Source: Glycera tridactyla
Lineage: Eukaryota
Direction of reading: 5' to 3'
Assembly: GCA_965644265.1 (NCBI GenBank)
Contig: OZ286469.1
Location: forward strand, 75,206,001-75,270,000
Length of the DNA stretch: 64,000 bases
Under the pieces are notes generated by a model. It was not told the origin of the DNA. It saw only the letters and a list, made by a program, of their open reading frames with translations, and searched no databases. This document shows positions 49,511 to 60,632 of this stretch, one piece after another. The position numbers were made by a program, and so were the translations under genes. Each line of letters starts with the position of its first letter. The stretch's first letter is position 1.

Positions 49511-50798
49511 CACGAGGAATCGCGCAAGTTCGTGGGCGCCGCCATGATGGATTTACGCACAAGTACCGCATTGCCCGCTCACTTCCGGTTCAGCTCAACC
49601 CCATTGAAAATACACTGACTTGAGGTCTGTTTTCCCCCTCCGTCAGCTTTGAGCCATGGCTTCCACACCTTTGAGGTTGACCTGTGCTCTGAGCCGTGGC
49701 TTCTAGGCCTTCGCAGTTTACATGTGAACTCCTAAGGGGTTGTGGGTTGCCGATGCTAAGGTGTGGCTTTCACAGCTTGTCGAGCTCTGAACCATGGCTT
49801 CCACACCTTCACAGTGTACCTGTGAGCTTGGGTGGTGGTGGTGGGGGGAGGGGGGGGGGGGTGTTGAGCTTTGATCCATGGCTTTCATACCTTCACAGTG
49901 TACCTGTGATCTTCAACAGGGTCGCTGGGCTTTAAAGTTTGAACCATGGCTTCCTCGCCCTCATAGTTTACCTCTGAACACGGAGAGGGTTGTTGTGCTT
50001 TGAGCCGTGGCCTCCTCGACAACACAGTCTACCTGTGATCTCAAGGATGAGTTGCCAAGCGTTGAGCCATGACATCCCCACCCTCATATTTGAACTCTGA
50101 GCCATAATTTTCATGGATTCACCATGATCATTATCATAATTATAATTATTATTATTATTATTATTATTATTATTTTCATTATGCCCCCTTCTACTTCTTC
50201 CTCCATCCTCTTCCCTAACCATCTTTTGTGGCATCAACACAACCTCAGATGACCTTTGAGCCGTTCCTTCCACGCATTCACAGTGTACCTTGAAGTGATG
50301 GTGACGATGACNNNNNNNNNNNNNNNNNNNNNNNNNNNNNNNNNNNNNNNNNNNNNNNNNNNNNNNNNNNNNNNNNNNNNNNNNNNNNNNNNNNNNNNNN
50401 NNNNNNNNNNNNNNNNNNNNNNNNNNNNNNNNNNNNNNNNNNNNNNNNNNNNNNNNNNNNNNNNNNNNNNNNNNNNNNNNNNNNNNNNNNNNNNNNNNNN
50501 NNNNNNNNNNNNNNNNNNNNNNNNNNNNNNNNNNNNNNNNNNNNNNNNNNNNNNNNNNNNNNNNNNNNNNNNNNNNNNNNNNNNNNNNNNNNNNNNNNNN
50601 NNNNNNNNNNNNNNNNNNNNNNNNNNNNNNTGGTCGTATGGAGGCTTCATCGTCTGCTACGCATTAGCGCTACTCGCCACCAGCGCGCAGAATATCGGCG
50701 CATATCGCCCGGAAGCGTTGGGGCAATGTGAGCACGTCTGCTATTACCCGTGATTCCACGCGCGTATAGTGGCGCCCCCTAGGCAACAAATCGTCCTC
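49511..50798. mobile_element. 1.29-kb insertion with internal minisatellite and microsatellite, splitting a family-B repeat
   Basis: Flanks GCGAGTATA| and |TATAGG rebuild the GC(G/A)AGCATAGGG segment of the intact copies at 56278-56290 and 21835-21850. Internal TTTGAGCCATGGCTTCC..ACC / CACAGTGTACCTGTGA tandem units. Confidence 0.75.
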
Positions 50799-51280
50799 TA
50801 TAGGACATGAAATTATTGTAAAGCTGGTTTGAAGTTGGCAGTTTGTAATTGAACACTTCGGTTGAGTATTCTCCTAACCTAATACTTTTCTGTGTGTCAA
50901 GTGCTGCGCTTTGCAAAAAAATTTTTAAAATGCATTGCTATCAGGCTTGGGTGTTACAGCTATATAGTTAGATATGCCATCCTAGGTTTATTGTGTATAT
51001 GTTTAGATTAGATAGAGGTGTGTTTGAACTGTCAGCTACTTCCACTTGACAACCTTTCAGGTTCCCCATCATCTTGTGTTCAGGGTTTGTGAGAGTGATT
51101 TCTGCAGGGGAGAGAATATCTAGCTTTCATTAAGCAGGAACACACGGCATATATAATCCTGTGGGTTGATACATGCCGTTAAACCTCAAACAATCAATCA
51201 ATCAATCAATTGATCTTTTCGGAATCGTGTGGTTACTCCAGTCATTGTATCTGCATTTGCTTTTTATACAAAACTATGCC

Positions 51281-51311
<31 letters not shown>

Positions 51312-51929
51312 ATAAAATATCTCTTTCAACACTCATGGTTTGTCCTGTGAGCAGTGGATCTGAACTTTCATGAAAATGACCAAAACCATTGAGACTGCTG
51401 CCTGCACCTCACCAAGATGCTGCCCAAGGAGATACTGGAGAGGCGTTCATGGAAGACGGTATCCGGTGGATTGTACTAGATGTTTTGACTTGCAGCCTAC
51501 CTTGTCAGTATCAGCCCTGCTGCATAAACTGGCCCACCACATGAATCAGCTCCAGTGACGTGTGGATTGCCCAAGAATTGAGGTCACCAGCTGGCACACT
51601 ACTCAGGCATCTGAATAGAGATGAAAGTTGACATGTGGCGAATAATCCAAGTCTTTCAGTGCTCTCAAATACTACAACATTTGCACTGAATTTTCCGAGA
51701 ATAGGGCAGTTTTTCGGATGCTAAACTTTATTTTGAAGGAAAGAGGTGGAAGTGAATAGAAAAGGTGAAGAAAAATGGAGATTGATTGGGTCAACATTTC
51801 CAACTGAGGTTGCAGAAATGGCACCTTGAGTGTCTGTGAATTTCATAAATTTTCACCTTTCGTTTGGGAGCCCGAAGGAGGAGTCTTGGAAGATGCGACC
51901 CTGGCATTTGACCTCAACACGCCAAGAGT

Positions 51930-52720
51930 AACAATCGCAGGATGAAACCCAGAGTTTATGTGTGAAATATCACAATGGCCAGTTCACATACCAAGTATGA
52001 AAGCATTCTGTCGAAAATTGAGGTCAGTGGAACTGAAAATGTGATTTCTAGTGAATGACCTCATGTGACCTTGACCTTTGACGTATAGGTGCCAATATCG
52101 ATAGGGTTCTTCATCTCCATATGGGTGATGTGTGTACAAGATATGAGATCAAGAAGTCATAGACCCCACCACCTACAGAGAGCTTATACATGAATATGAA
52201 GTACCAGTGACCCTGAAATTTGATCTCATGGCGCCCAGAGTAATTTTTGTTTGTTTGAGGTTTAACGGCATGTATTAACCCACAGGATTATGTATGCCGT
52301 GTGTTCCTGGTTAATGAAAGCTAGATTTTCTCTCCCCTGAGGACATCACTCTCACAAACCCTGGACACAAGATGATGGGGAACCTGAAAGGTTGTCAAGA
52401 GGAAGTAGCTGACAGTTCATTGCAGGGTAAAACCGGGAACTTATGTGTGAACGATCGCAATAAAGCAGCTCACATACCAAATATGAAAGCGATTAATTGA
52501 AAATTGTGATTTCTAGAGAATGACCTGTGACCTTTGACCTAGTGACCCCGAAATCAATAGGTTTCTTGGGGGACCAAGCTACAGGAGAGATTTGAGTTTG
52601 AACTTGATAGGTTGAATACTTTTTGAGTCATAGTCCGGAAACCTAAGCAGACACGGACACACCCACTCTCACCAGTAATTCACCCACAGAGAGCCAAGGC
52701 GAAAACATACTGCCCCATTG
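51930..52720. mobile_element. Helentron-associated (HINE/Pearl-like) non-autonomous element, containing a minus-strand family-B copy at about 52248-52420
   Basis: Repeated TGACCTTGACCTTTGAC / ACATACCAA.TATGAAAGC modules and a GTCCGGAAAC..GACACGGAC segment, typical of such elements in my recall. Confidence 0.5.
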
Positions 52721-53854
52721 GTGTAAAAATTGGTGTTTTTCACAGGCTTTATTCAATTTCGTTGGGTGATACTACAGCAATAAAGAAAAGACGAGCGCCC
52801 AGGGGTGCCGAGAGATCTCCGAAATAAAGAGAGAGGGGGGGGGGAGAGAGAAAGAGAGATATGACGATGACGACGACGACAACGACACCAGCAATGGCAA
52901 CAGCACCTTCATACCCACCACTACCACCACTACCTTCATACCCACCACCACTACTACCACAACAACCACCACCACCTCACTGACGATGATAATGACGAGA
53001 GAGAGGAGAGACAGAGGAAGAGAGAGAGGGAGGAAAAAACAGACACAGAGAAAAAGATGGATGGGTGGGGGTATTGACGAGCCCTCCTTTAGGAATATGG
53101 GACAGCGAGTCATGAGCAAGCCCCCTGTGGATTTGTCATGTACCATTATGGCCACATTTCATCACAAACAGCCTCTATGTATAAATCTCGAAAAAATTGT
53201 GTTTTGGTTGATATGATAGTTCGTAGGGGAGTAAAGTAGTGCTTCTTCTTCGCACCTCATTACCAGGTTTCATTGATCAATGCGCCGATTCATGAATGAA
53301 GTTGTAGATAGTGTGTGTAAAACCAGCCAATCAGAAACCAGGACTAATGTGTCAACATCGAAGTGGGCGTTCCCAAATAGCTTGATTGACAGGCATTTAC
53401 TATTTGTGCGTAGCTATACATCTCTGAGCGACCGTATCTGTGTGCTTCGGTAATCGGCAACAAAAACGAATGTACGGCGAAATGTCCATTACGTAATCGG
53501 TACATTTCCTAAAATTGTCGTTCATCAGATCAATAAATCATCTTAAAATTGTGTTAGATTAGATCATTTGATCCTTTTACGCAGATCCAATCAAGATTTG
53601 ATTGGTTATATCAGCCTCGAGAGTCAGAATCGGCGAAGTTAGAAAGCATTTCGAGCAGCGAGGTGATGGCATAAAGATCTCAGCTAGCGGAGATCTCAAA
53701 AACGAGCATGGCAGCATGGGCCCACATTCGAATTCGAGTTTAGTGATATTTTTTGTAGGTCCATGGTGACAGTAGAGCTGAAACATCCTATATGTAAATG
53801 TAGTGGTTAAGACTTTGATATCCTCATCGAGCTCAACCGACTTCTTCACCCCAT

Positions 53855-54085
53855 GGGGTGCCTGGGGGAGAATTAGCCCCACATTTCCCTATGTGTCGTA
53901 AGAGGCGACCAAGTGGGCATTGCAGAAATGGCTCCTTGAGTGTCTGTGAATTTCATGAATTTCCACCTTCCGTTTGGGACCCAGAAGTAAGAGTCTTGGA
54001 AGATCCCACCCATGCCCATTGCATGGGCGTCACAATATGACCCAGATAGTGCTAACGTGATGTTAAACTAGAACCAACCAAGCAA
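53855..54085 (+). mobile_element. SINE-like family A, representative copy (at least 15 copies in the window)
   Basis: Consensus GTCGTAAGAGGCGAC...CCTTGAGTGTCTGTGAATTTCAT...GATCCCACCCATGCCCATTGCATGGGCGTCACAATATAGCCCAGATGG.GCTGACGTGA.GTT plus a (CCAA/CAAA)n tail. Other copies near 5281(-), 8339, 10660, 13262(-), 17085-17330(-, internally duplicated), 21040(-), 23960(-), 51810, 54380, 58575, 59215, 61015, 61240, 61765 and 62035. Confidence 0.85.
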
Positions 54086-54119
54086 ACAAGTCACCAGCCT
54101 TCGAAAATACATTCCTTGG

Positions 54120-54270
54120 CAGGCCTATTCAAGCTTGAGCCTTTCTCATCTCCCTGGGGAGTATACAACCACAGCCACAGAGTCAACTGCATGTGTTAAG
54201 CACTCCACACTCACCATCACTGCATTTATGCCAAGTACTCATTCACACCTGAGTGAAGTGAAGTGTTGGA
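54120..54270 (-). mobile_element. V/CORE-type SINE fragment
   Basis: The minus strand reads CACTCAGGTGTGAATGAGTACTTGGC...GGTTGTATACTCCCCAGGGAG, resembling conserved SINE domains from memory. Confidence 0.4.
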
Positions 54271-56049
54271 TAACAGAGGTTCCACTCAGTTACCTCCACA
54301 CATAAGTACCTCCATTATGAGTAGCGCAGATCTGTGTAATGGGGCAGGTCTGGTATGGAATGGTGAACCTTGTGCGTGTTGGGGGATCGCAGAAATGGCA
54401 CCTTGAGTGTGTTAATTTCATATATTTTCACCTTCCGTTTGGCACCCAGAAGGAGTCTTGGAAGATCCCACCCATGCCCATTGCATGGGCGTCACAATGT
54501 AGCCCAGATGGTGCTGACGTGACGTCGAACCAGAACCAACCAACCAACCATCCATGTTGATCACCCATCCGAGGAGGAGCCCTGCTCACTGTTGTTAACA
54601 GTGCTGCTCAGTCGAGAACCAAAGTATCTGCACCTAACTCGCCACCGACATATTGTACCACACAATAGGGCATTACAAGACTACAAGATATATTGTAAGG
54701 TCAATGCTGGGACTCAAATACCCTTGCACTGATCAACCTTGTGACATATTTCAGAATTACTTTATCTAATCATTCATTATATGGAAAACACAACTCGTTG
54801 TATATGATGAAGCACTTTAATGACAGGGCCAGGCATAGCCACATCCAGTACAGTGATGTGTGACGACAAGTGATATTGAGGAGTGTTTGTGGCAGTGACA
54901 CCTAGTGTGTATAGTGAGCACTAACACACTGCCATCTGGTGGATCCCAGAGACAACAGCCAGCCCATGCCTATTTGCCTGCAGGCCCCATCATGGCTACC
55001 AGCATCCACAAGCCATTCCACTGATCCCTGAAGATTAGTACACCTACATGTTCAGGTGGAGGAACGATGATCAGACCGCTGTGCATCCCAGTTTTGTTCA
55101 TGAGCACACTACAGCAAGTCAACATCCATCAGATGCAAATCGTGTGTCCTAGGGAGCCAGGACTTACAAGCATGGAACTACATGGATTATGCATTGTCAT
55201 ACGTCATTCAAGCATTCACACAACCTATTTAAATAGAACTAATAACTAATGCTACTCATGAAAATTGCAAGAAATAATAATATATGCAATGATTTATTGC
55301 AAGTTCAGGAGAATATGCAAGAGCTTCGAATTTGGATGTGTGTTGCGATGAACTTGGGGGCCAAAATGTGGGTTGAGCAGAGTCGAGGGAGGGACAGGAG
55401 AGGGGGGGGGTGGTCAGTGGTGGGTCAGGTCTGCTATGACCACTAAAGGAATGGAATGGGGAAGTGAACAAGATAGTTTGGCTGTAGACAATGTTCACAA
55501 ATGAGAGTGAACCATTACAATGTGGAAAATATGACACAACTATTCATGGAAGTTGATCCAACAGATATATTTGATTATTTGCATGAATTGGGAATATTTA
55601 GACAAACATGAATCATATGCATGCTAAGTTGCTAACCCAGTGCATGCCAACTGGGATATCGAAGGCCTGTGTATGGAAGTTTATTCCTGTATGCGCGTAT
55701 AAGAACGACTGCTGCCTTTCGCAAAGAGTAGGGACGGCCCCCGGTAGCATTGCCTCTTTTCTTTCGCATTTTCAGTTTTTCAGTCCTATATAATTCAATA
55801 TATGTAGTTGAAAGGATGTTAAACACAAACAAACAAACCAGACCTCACATGATTGAAAGCAGGGTGGGAGTCCAGGGTCTCTATAGATGGCAGCCACCAA
55901 TGGGCGCGGGACTTTTACTCTGAAGTGTTGCCATCGGGGATGATGTGGCCTAGGTGTAGCATCATCCCTTCTCTTCTTCTCAATATCTTTTGGAATGGGG
56001 GGTTGAATGAAAACATACCTTCAAAATTTTCTATCATCTATCTTTAGGC

Positions 56050-56705
56050 ATTTTCTACCAAAATTGCACTATCACCAGATTTCTTTCTCTTTACCTCTTT
56101 CCTATCCCTCTAAGCTATTTCTTATTTCTTCAGTGAAATGGTCTCAGGTGTAGGTAGGTGATGGTTTGCCTGTAGCAGATATTGTCACTATGCAAAACGC
56201 GGGTACCAGGCACACCAGTTCTGGGTTACTAGGGCTGCGACTAGGTTTACTAGGTTGTGTGATGGCATTGTACTGCAAGCATAGGGCAAGCCATGATTGT
56301 AAAGCTGGTTTGAAGTTGACAGTTCGTAATTGAAGACATTGTTTGAGTATTCTCCGAACCTAATGCTTTTCCTTGTTTCAAGTACTGCGCTTTGCGTTAA
56401 AAAAGCATAGCTATCAGGCTTGAGTGTTAGCTTCCAGCCAGTTACATAGTTAGATATGCCATCATCAGGTTCAATATGTCTTTTTTTTTTTTTTGAGTTA
56501 GAGTTGGTAGGGGTGTGTCTGAACCATCAGCTACTTCCACTTGACAACCTTTCAGGGAGTTCCCCATCATCTTGTGTTCAGGGTTTGTGAGAGTGATGTC
56601 TGCAGGGGAGAGACCATCTAGCTTTCATTAACCAGGAACACACGGCATACATAATCCTGTGGGTTGATACATGCCGTTAAGCCTCAAACAAACAAACAAA
56701 CAAAA
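56050..56705 (+). mobile_element. Long SINE-like family B, most complete copy (at least 8 copies)
   Basis: Ends GGGTTGATACATGCCGTTAA.CCTCAAACAAACAAA. Other copies near 3610-4050, 15960(-), 21750(-), 22585(-), 49005, 49430-51200 (split) and 52248(-). Confidence 0.85.
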
Positions 56706-57443
56706 CAAATTGAAAGCACCACGAATCCTCATCTTGAATGTTTTCATGGGCTCGCTGCCATTGTTTCTTCTGATCTGTATTCATGAACCTCTCCCAGGGC
56801 TTCTCTTTTTTCCCTCTCATTTTGCTGTTGTTGATCTCTCTCTGATTGTTCTGCTCGTTCAGCTACACCCCTTTCAACGAGGGATTCAATCCCCAGTTGG
56901 CGTTTTTCTTCTGCATCCACCCCATTCTCTGGGCCTCTTCAGCAGTGGTGCGATGTTTTCCTGCTATGCTTGCTCCTTGCTGCCGAATTGCCGTTTGAGC
57001 TTTGCGTTGCTTTGCAGTGACTTTCTTTGCTTCCTTTTTCTGTGTGGCTATGGATTCTAGCTCTTCTTCCTGCTATTCCTTCTTGGAATTTTCCATTCTT
57101 TACCACCTATTTTGATGCTCCTTTCTGCTGTTTCTTCAGAGCTCACTCATTCTTTGTGACAGCTTTTTTTAGCCTCTTTCTTATCTTCATGGACACAGCT
57201 TGGTCAACACTGACCGGGCCTTGGGGAGGATCTTCAATGTCCTTCGAAATCTGTCGCCGGTGTCATATCCAGGTTAGCTGGCCCAATTTATTTTCCCAAC
57301 AGCTGCTTCCCCCAATTTGGTCAACACTGACAGGGCTCTTATTGGAGGATCTTCAATGTCCATCTCTAGCTCTGAATTGTGTCACCAGTGACATCTCCAG
57401 CATGCAAGTGTAAGTGTGCTTATACTGTCAAGAGCCTCACTAG

Positions 57444-58240
57444 CTATAGAGTGTCCATGGATTCTTTTTCTTGATCTATTTCAATAGGAGTTGTCAGCGT
57501 TAAACTGGGGTGTTTTGGATGTAGGCCCAGTGATCTGGGTGCCCAATCAGAGCCTGAGGCACATAAGTCTCTTTCTGAGCCTGATCGACCAAACTGTTCC
57601 CAACCCTGGGGATTAAAACGCTTAGGTCTTCTCAAGGCTAGATTGACCAAGTCAAGACAAGTGGTCCTGGCTACAGGCTGTCCTTGGAGTAACAACTCCC
57701 CTTGTGGATTCCAGCCTATGATACCACTTCTAGCCCTAATATGGTTCACAAGGAAAGCTTTCTTTTTACTGCTTATATGGGGACACTGGCCAAAATATTA
57801 TCTTCCCGCTAATCCTGTTTTGCAGCAGGTGACTGAACTTGGGGTGAATGTGCTGCTGGAGAGGTGTCAAGATATATGTCTTCAAACGTCAGGAATCTTT
57901 GAAGGGTCTGATTGTATTCTCCGACTTTGTCATCAGCCTTGTATGAGTTTTGCCAAGCACCTCTTTCAAACGATCATCCAAGGACGTTATCGACACAGAG
58001 CTGGTGACAGTGGAACAGATTCTTCCGTAGCATTCAGGGCACACTCACACAGACAGTGAACCAGGTCTTTATCTGTAGCTCCAGTAATGTTCTCGACCAA
58101 GGGTGGTTTTACCTTGGCCAAAAGTTGGGGCATGGTAGCATGTTTTCTGAGACGAATGTTGAGATGAGCAGTCACTCTCAAAATGATCCATCTTCTGAAC
58201 CTTAATTCGCATGTAAGATTTGCAAATAAATTCTCCATCA
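57444..58240 (-). mobile_element. Decayed Polinton/Maverick (adintovirus)-like relic with two fused accessory ORFs
   Basis: Broken peptides RLRKHA..PQLLAKVKP..VENITGATDKDLVHCLCECALNA....VPLSPA, SLDDRLKEVL..T..DDKVGEYNQTLQRFLTF and IGWNPQGELLLQGQPV..T.CLDLVNLALRRPKRFNPQGWEQF match motifs I recall from Polinton/adintovirus ORFs. No search was run. Confidence 0.6.
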
Positions 58241-60563
58241 AATCGTCTCTATGATGCTCAGCTTTGATTTTGGCTTGATTAGAGAGATGTATTCGATATG
58301 TACGATCTGAGGTGATTCAATAAATGATGTACATGTTGTTACCGACACAATGGACAGTCTCTTGGAGGCAGAACTGTTTGAAAGATGAGCCTTCAAATGT
58401 GGATGAGCACCACCGACCTCTGTAGTGCAATCCACAGTGGGATTTATTGCACTTGAATGCAATTTGTTACACTATTTTTTGATAAACGCATATTATAGTT
58501 CCTCATGGCAATGTTCCTGACAATGTCCCTACCTCAAATTGTGACTGACCCCCCTGCTGTGGGCCACTTGGGGTGCCCGGGGAAGAATTGACCCCACGTT
58601 TCCCTGCATGTCGTAAGCAGCGACTAAGTGGACATCGCAGAAATGGTACCTTGTGTGTCTGTGAATTTCATAAATTTTCACCTTCCGTTTGGGACCCAGA
58701 ACGATGAGTCTTGGAAGATCCCACTCATGCCCATTGCACAGACATCTCAATATAGCCCAGATGGCGCTGACGTGATGTTGAACCAAAACCAACCATCTGC
58801 CTGCTGTGCAACATATACGATTTGTCAAAAACGTATGGCTATGACGAAAAGGGATCCGCTTCTACATCCATTTCTATTGGATCTCGGCTGTCATGGAGAT
58901 AGTGTGGATAACTTGAGGATCCACACTGAATAGAAGATGGAACTTCACCATCACATACATCGGAGATACGCGCTGAGGATTCAGAACTGGCGGCGAAATG
59001 TTTTGAGTGTGTCAAACTTGGGCTCTGTGATGTTTATGAACTTCAAATCCAAGAACTGTGCAACACTTCGATGAAATAATTTGCTTGGGGCTCTTCTCTT
59101 GAACTGATCCAATGTTCGCTGCGTAACACAATGGCCTAAAACAACTGACCTAGTGGAAGCTATGTGAATGAATCTCATGTTCACATGTTAACACCACGGT
59201 CAACATTTTCAATAACAGAAATGACACCTTGAGTGTCTGTGAATTTCATAAATTTTCGCCTTCTGTTGGGGATCCAGAAAGAGGAGTCTTGAATGATCCC
59301 ACCCATGCCCATTGCATGGGCGTCACAATATAGCCCAGATGGAGCTGACGTGACGTTAATCCCCAACAAAACAAACGAACAAACAAAACTTCTCTTGGGT
59401 GAGAAGTATANNNNNNNNNNNNNNNNNNNNNNNNNNNNNNNNNNNNNNNNNNNNNNNNNNNNNNNNNNNNNNNNNNNNNNNNNNNNNNNNNNNNNNNNNN
59501 NNNNNNNNNNNNNNNNNNNNNNNNNNNNNNNNNNNNNNNNNNNNNNNNNNNNNNNNNTGTAGAAAATTTACAATTTCTTCCCTACCACCGGGGCTGAAAT
59601 CGTTGTGAAACATTTTTCCCATCAGCGAAAAATATGATCTATAGGTCAATGTTCCTCCTCAAATAATGACTTTTCATGTTCACACATCAATTTCTCCCCA
59701 CCTAGACTATTCCCACAAATATTCCACATACCCAGCTATAGCTACGTGTCTGATCTACCATGTGATGGCTATATTAGAACTCAAAAAGGAATAATGACAA
59801 AGCATGATGGTAATTGATACAAATAAAATGCACTATTTGGTCGAAAACAGGTGTGACGTGCTGATGCCTGTCGCAGGTCTCCCTGTGCAACTTGTGTGGA
59901 ATGGTGACAGTCATTTCAGTGCCAAAATAGAATACCATCACAATAGGAAAGAAATTTGTTCACATTCTCTCTGAGAATAAAAGGCATGTTTTTTCCGACC
60001 CTCTATCGGCTGTAGACATATAAATTTATTGATGTTTGAAGACGTTCTTTGTGTGATTGGTCCATCTTCTCCATGCATCATGGCTATGAAAATACCATAT
60101 CCCTCCTATGTGGAGACGCTCTTCATTGTTGGATTACACATAAACATTACCTAAATTCCAACACAATGCCATGGAGATAGGAATTAAGGGAATGTCTGCA
60201 TTGAATTGTCCCTTCCGCTCAAACAGTGACTGAAAATTATTATGATCGCCATCGCTTGGAATTCTCTGTTATCCAGCATGGCACAGGGCGATGTCAGGCT
60301 TGACATCCATTCATGTCCGTGCCACTTCAGAGGGAATGATGCCAATTCAACGTGATATCAATTCATCAATCAAGAAGATAGCATATCTAGATGTATCTCC
60401 ATCCGACTGTCCGTTCTACATATGTAGATTTAGTGGTTTCCCTAATTTGATTAAGATAAGTCAAACTGTCACCAAGTAAATTCCACGGCATCAAACCAGG
60501 CCTAGCATTTGTTCTGCCGCTTCTACGTTCACTATTTACAGCAGACTGACCAGGATAATATTG

Positions 60564-60570
60564 CATTACC

Positions 60571-60626
<56 letters not shown>
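60564..60626. repeat. (TA)n microsatellite
   Basis: Directly visible. Other simple repeats: (TA)n 51280-51306, (CA)n 30990-31052, (GT)n 46905-46966, GA/GAC/CAC tracts 52820-53060. Confidence 0.95.

Positions 60627-60632
<6 letters not shown>

Noticed and set aside
53577-53882. 101-aa minus-strand ORF
   Set aside because: It starts inside a family-A SINE, has no recognisable domain and no convincing splice sites.
59411-59557. N runs as biological features
   Set aside because: Assembly gaps or masking; content unknown.
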